From Williopsis jadinii (lineage: Eukaryota): a stretch of 64,000 nt of DNA. The position numbers were made by a program, and so were the translations under genes. The notes beneath the pieces were generated by a model. The model searched no databases and had not been told where the DNA came from. It saw only the letters and a program-made list of their open reading frames with translations. Position 1 is the first letter of the stretch. Every line of letters starts with the position of its first letter. Positions 61,651-64,000 of this stretch are shown here, one piece after another. The stretch lies in assembly GCA_024346625.1 (NCBI GenBank), contig AP024668.1, forward strand, positions 62,001 to 126,000. The letters run 5' to 3'.

Positions 61651-63210
61651 TCATCTATTCGACCTTAGAAACACTCTGTGATTGTACCAGATGGTGAATA
61701 GCGTAAACAGGATGACTGCCAGACACATGTACTGCGTTACGACAAACGTTTCACTGTAACAGGCAGCACCGTGGATGCAAACACCATCATCATCGCTATT
61801 CTTCTTCAAGGTGTACGCCAACAGCTTTGTCATCTGCATGACAACCAGCAATCCGCTTGTGGTCATGAGTCCCCAGAGGGTGGTGAAGCCATCTGTTCCA
61901 AAGCAATCGGCGATGATAGCAGGGAAGGTTCCAAAGCAGAATCCAAAGGCCAGGCCAACGACAAATGAAGGGAGTGTCAGTGCATCTAGCGAGTTGATCT
62001 TTGTGACGAGATACTGGCCAAGGAGCATCACACACGCCGAAATAGCAATACACCATATTCTCTGGGCATTCAGCTTCCGTCTAACCACGTCCGATATCGG
62101 GCCTGATGTTAGTCTCCCCAGGAAGCTTGCCAATGCGATGGTGGAGACTTGAACGGCTTGCACATCACCGACTGATAGCTTGGAGTTTGGATCAGACTGC
62201 TTGAGGACCACGATGATATAACCGACACTGTAGATGTACATCTGGCCAATGCCCATCATGAACCCCAAGATTAAATAAAACTTGAAGAATACCCTTGAAA
62301 AGATGGCCTTTGTCAAGTGATGATCCCATATTGGAGAGCCTTCACGGACGAAAACTGGTGTATCTTCAACGGCAACGTAGATGGCATCACTATCCGCTCT
62401 AACATGCTTGGGCAATTGCACTAGGGGTCTTTGCATCTGGTCCAAGGAAAGTGTACTCGAGGATCTTGGAGTACCCCATAAACTGAAGATACGAGCAATA
62501 CTCTGTCTTCGGCTCCCGTTAGGTGATCCTGTGCCAAACAGAGAAGATGTTGAGCCCGAACGTAGCAGAGGATCCTGCTCACCAACTGCCGTATTACGAT
62601 CCTTTGGGGTTTTCTTATGCTTCTTCTTATCAACAATCTGTAAAAAGTACGCACATCCAATACAAACACAAGGTGTGAAGATGTAAAAGAATTTGAGTAA
62701 GCCTGCAGTGTCATCTTTGAAGAATCTCACATTCACATAGGAGAAGATCAACGATGCCACTGCATAGGCAGCAACCGGCAGTGCGCCGGCACTTCCACGG
62801 TGATGAGGCCAATTTGCAGTGGTACATTTGATTGTTGAGTAGAAACTCAGAATGGATGCAAACCCAGAGATGGCCAACGCAACCATCAATAGAAAGACGT
62901 CGTTGTTGGCATCGACATAACACTTGTGCAAAATATAAAACGCCACAGCCGTCAACAGCCCACCCAGCACTGACGCGAACTGTGGGCCCAGTGAATCAAT
63001 GGTGATACCAGCGGGCAGACCACCAAGGGGACCGCCCAAACTCAACGCGGTGGACAGCGTAGCAGCTTGGTCCGCGCTGAGGCCTGTCTGTTTCACCAGC
63101 TGTGGTGCAAAGATGGAGAACACATAAGGGGTTCCTGAAGCCACGGCGATGAGCACAGCACTCACGAGCGCCAGCACTCGTGGTTGAATAGGAGCGTTCT
63201 CAAACGGCAT
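61651..63210 (-). CDS. MFS transporter, nodulin-like/Mch1 group (YMR155W-like)
   Basis: GTPYVFSIFAPQL, NWPHHRGSAGALP, SFLGRLTSGPISD, about 12 hydrophobic segments; first ATG at 63210. Confidence 0.88.
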   Translation of the reverse strand: MPFENAPIQPRVLALVSAVLIAVASGTPYVFSIFAPQLVKQTGLSADQAATLSTALSLGGPLGGLPAGITIDSLGPQFASVLGGLLTAVAFYILHKCYVDANNDVFLLMVALAISGFASILSFYSTIKCTTANWPHHRGSAGALPVAAYAVASLIFSYVNVRFFKDDTAGLLKFFYIFTPCVCIGCAYFLQIVDKKKHKKTPKDRNTAVGEQDPLLRSGSTSSLFGTGSPNGSRRQSIARIFSLWGTPRSSSTLSLDQMQRPLVQLPKHVRADSDAIYVAVEDTPVFVREGSPIWDHHLTKAIFSRVFFKFYLILGFMMGIGQMYIYSVGYIIVVLKQSDPNSKLSVGDVQAVQVSTIALASFLGRLTSGPISDVVRRKLNAQRIWCIAISACVMLLGQYLVTKINSLDALTLPSFVVGLAFGFCFGTFPAIIADCFGTDGFTTLWGLMTTSGLLVVMQMTKLLAYTLKKNSDDDGVCIHGAACYSETFVVTQYMCLAVILFTLFTIWYNHRVFLRSNR

Positions 63211-63247
63211 GATGTGTTTCTGGAGACAAACGTTCAGTATTGTTGGA

Positions 63248-63460
63248 GGAGGCTCTATAGTGGAGGCTCTATAGTCAAAGCTCAGCACTCAAAGCTCAGC
63301 ACTCAAAGCTCAGCAGTCAAAGCTCAGCAGTCAAAGATCAGCACTCAAAGCTCAGTCAAAGCTCTATAATCAAAGATCAACACTTCAAGCTCAGCACTCA
63401 AAGATCAGCACTCAAAGATCAACACTCAAGCCCAGCACTCAGCAGCCAAGATCAACGTTC
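63248..63460. repeat. Degenerate 14-bp minisatellite (consensus CAAAGCTCAGCACT, ~15 units) between TATA box and ATG of the MFS gene
   Basis: GGAGGCTCTATAGT x2, then CAAAGCTCAGCACT / CAAAGCTCAGCAGT / CAAAGATCAGCACT / CAAAGATCAACACT variants. Confidence 0.92.
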
Positions 63461-63789
63461 AAAACACGACCTTATATACAGGCTCCAACCCCCTTTGTTT
63501 ACATCAACAAGCGCTTGCGATAAAGAGCGCAATTAATATCGCAACTTTGGCGCTGTGGCGCCCACCGGATTCGGTAATGTCCGATGGGGAGCTTATCAGG
63601 AAACTCTAAAGTACGAAACATCCAAACACCACATATAACCACAGCGTTGATTCTATAGGCCGATGAGCCATAAACTATGTACGAGGAGGACTCCTGGTCA
63701 GTTGCTTCCATTGGATTGCTTGAACTGGGGTTGCTGAGAGCAATGCGCCTGTATGGAGCAAAAGCTCACGTGAGGCTTGGGACAATGGA

Positions 63790-64000
63790 TCATTCGATAC
63801 AGCAAGTCGCATATGCATGGACGAGGACCGCGGTGGCCGTTTGGATATTCATAGATCTGATCACCCCGACTTGTCTAATCTCGACACACCAGTCGAGCTC
63901 TGCGAGTAGGTCACCTGGGATGCCTTCGGCCTCCTTACCGAGTAGGAACAGCGACTTCTTCGGGAAGGTGGTGTCTCTACCGAGCACAATGGACTTATCC
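63790..64000 (-). CDS. TRM3: tRNA (Gm18) 2'-O-methyltransferase, C-terminal SpoU domain (partial)
   Basis: FPKKSLFLLGKEAEGIPG.LL.ELD.CVEI.QVGVIRSMNIQTATA SPOUT motifs; runs off the window end. Confidence 0.9.
   Translation of the reverse strand, partial: DKSIVLGRDTTFPKKSLFLLGKEAEGIPGDLLAELDWCVEIRQVGVIRSMNIQTATAVLVHAYATCCIE

Noticed and set aside
63248..63460. CRISPR-like array or Ace1/Mac1 copper elements
   Set aside because: The units are contiguous with no unique spacers, the context is eukaryotic, and they do not match the TTTGCTCA or THNNGCTG consensus.

Overview
This is eukaryotic nuclear DNA from a budding yeast (Saccharomycotina). CTG falls at conserved Leu positions, so the code is standard. 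Compact gene spacing, short GT..(TA/G)CTAAC..AG introns and pre-whole-genome-duplication gene order point to a Phaffomycetaceae/Cyberlindnera-like species (inference). About 34 protein genes are present, mostly housekeeping orthologs: SAF1-like, S-formylglutathione hydrolase, TMA7, JIP5, V-ATPase subunit f, AFG1, YMR1, MOH1, BSP1, MRP2, RNH1, SDH4-family, COR1, PSY4, RSM7, EDE1, CPA2, a ferric reductase, SEC17, NNF1, PMT1, a lipase, GPA2, RIM13, NUR1, NUP53, RPN6, NUP84, an MFS transporter and TRM3. Five spliced genes that the ORF track misses or truncates were reconstructed. Four unusual items stand out: (1) an intact gene apparently fusing a catalytically dead Ulp1/C48-like protease fold to a Fob1-like HHCC-integrase domain (15.5-17.4 kb), consistent with a domesticated transposase; (2) a 4-kb accessory island (7.8-12.0 kb) with an orphan ORF, an AT-rich insert, a decayed reading frame and a PIF/Harbinger-type Myb/SANT protein; (3) an ASH1-type H3K36 methyltransferase of the kind absent from S. 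cerevisiae; (4) clustered ATCTGATAA GATA-repressor sites upstream of the ferric reductase. All family assignments come from motif recognition by eye, not from database searches. No tRNA, rRNA or CRISPR array was recognised.
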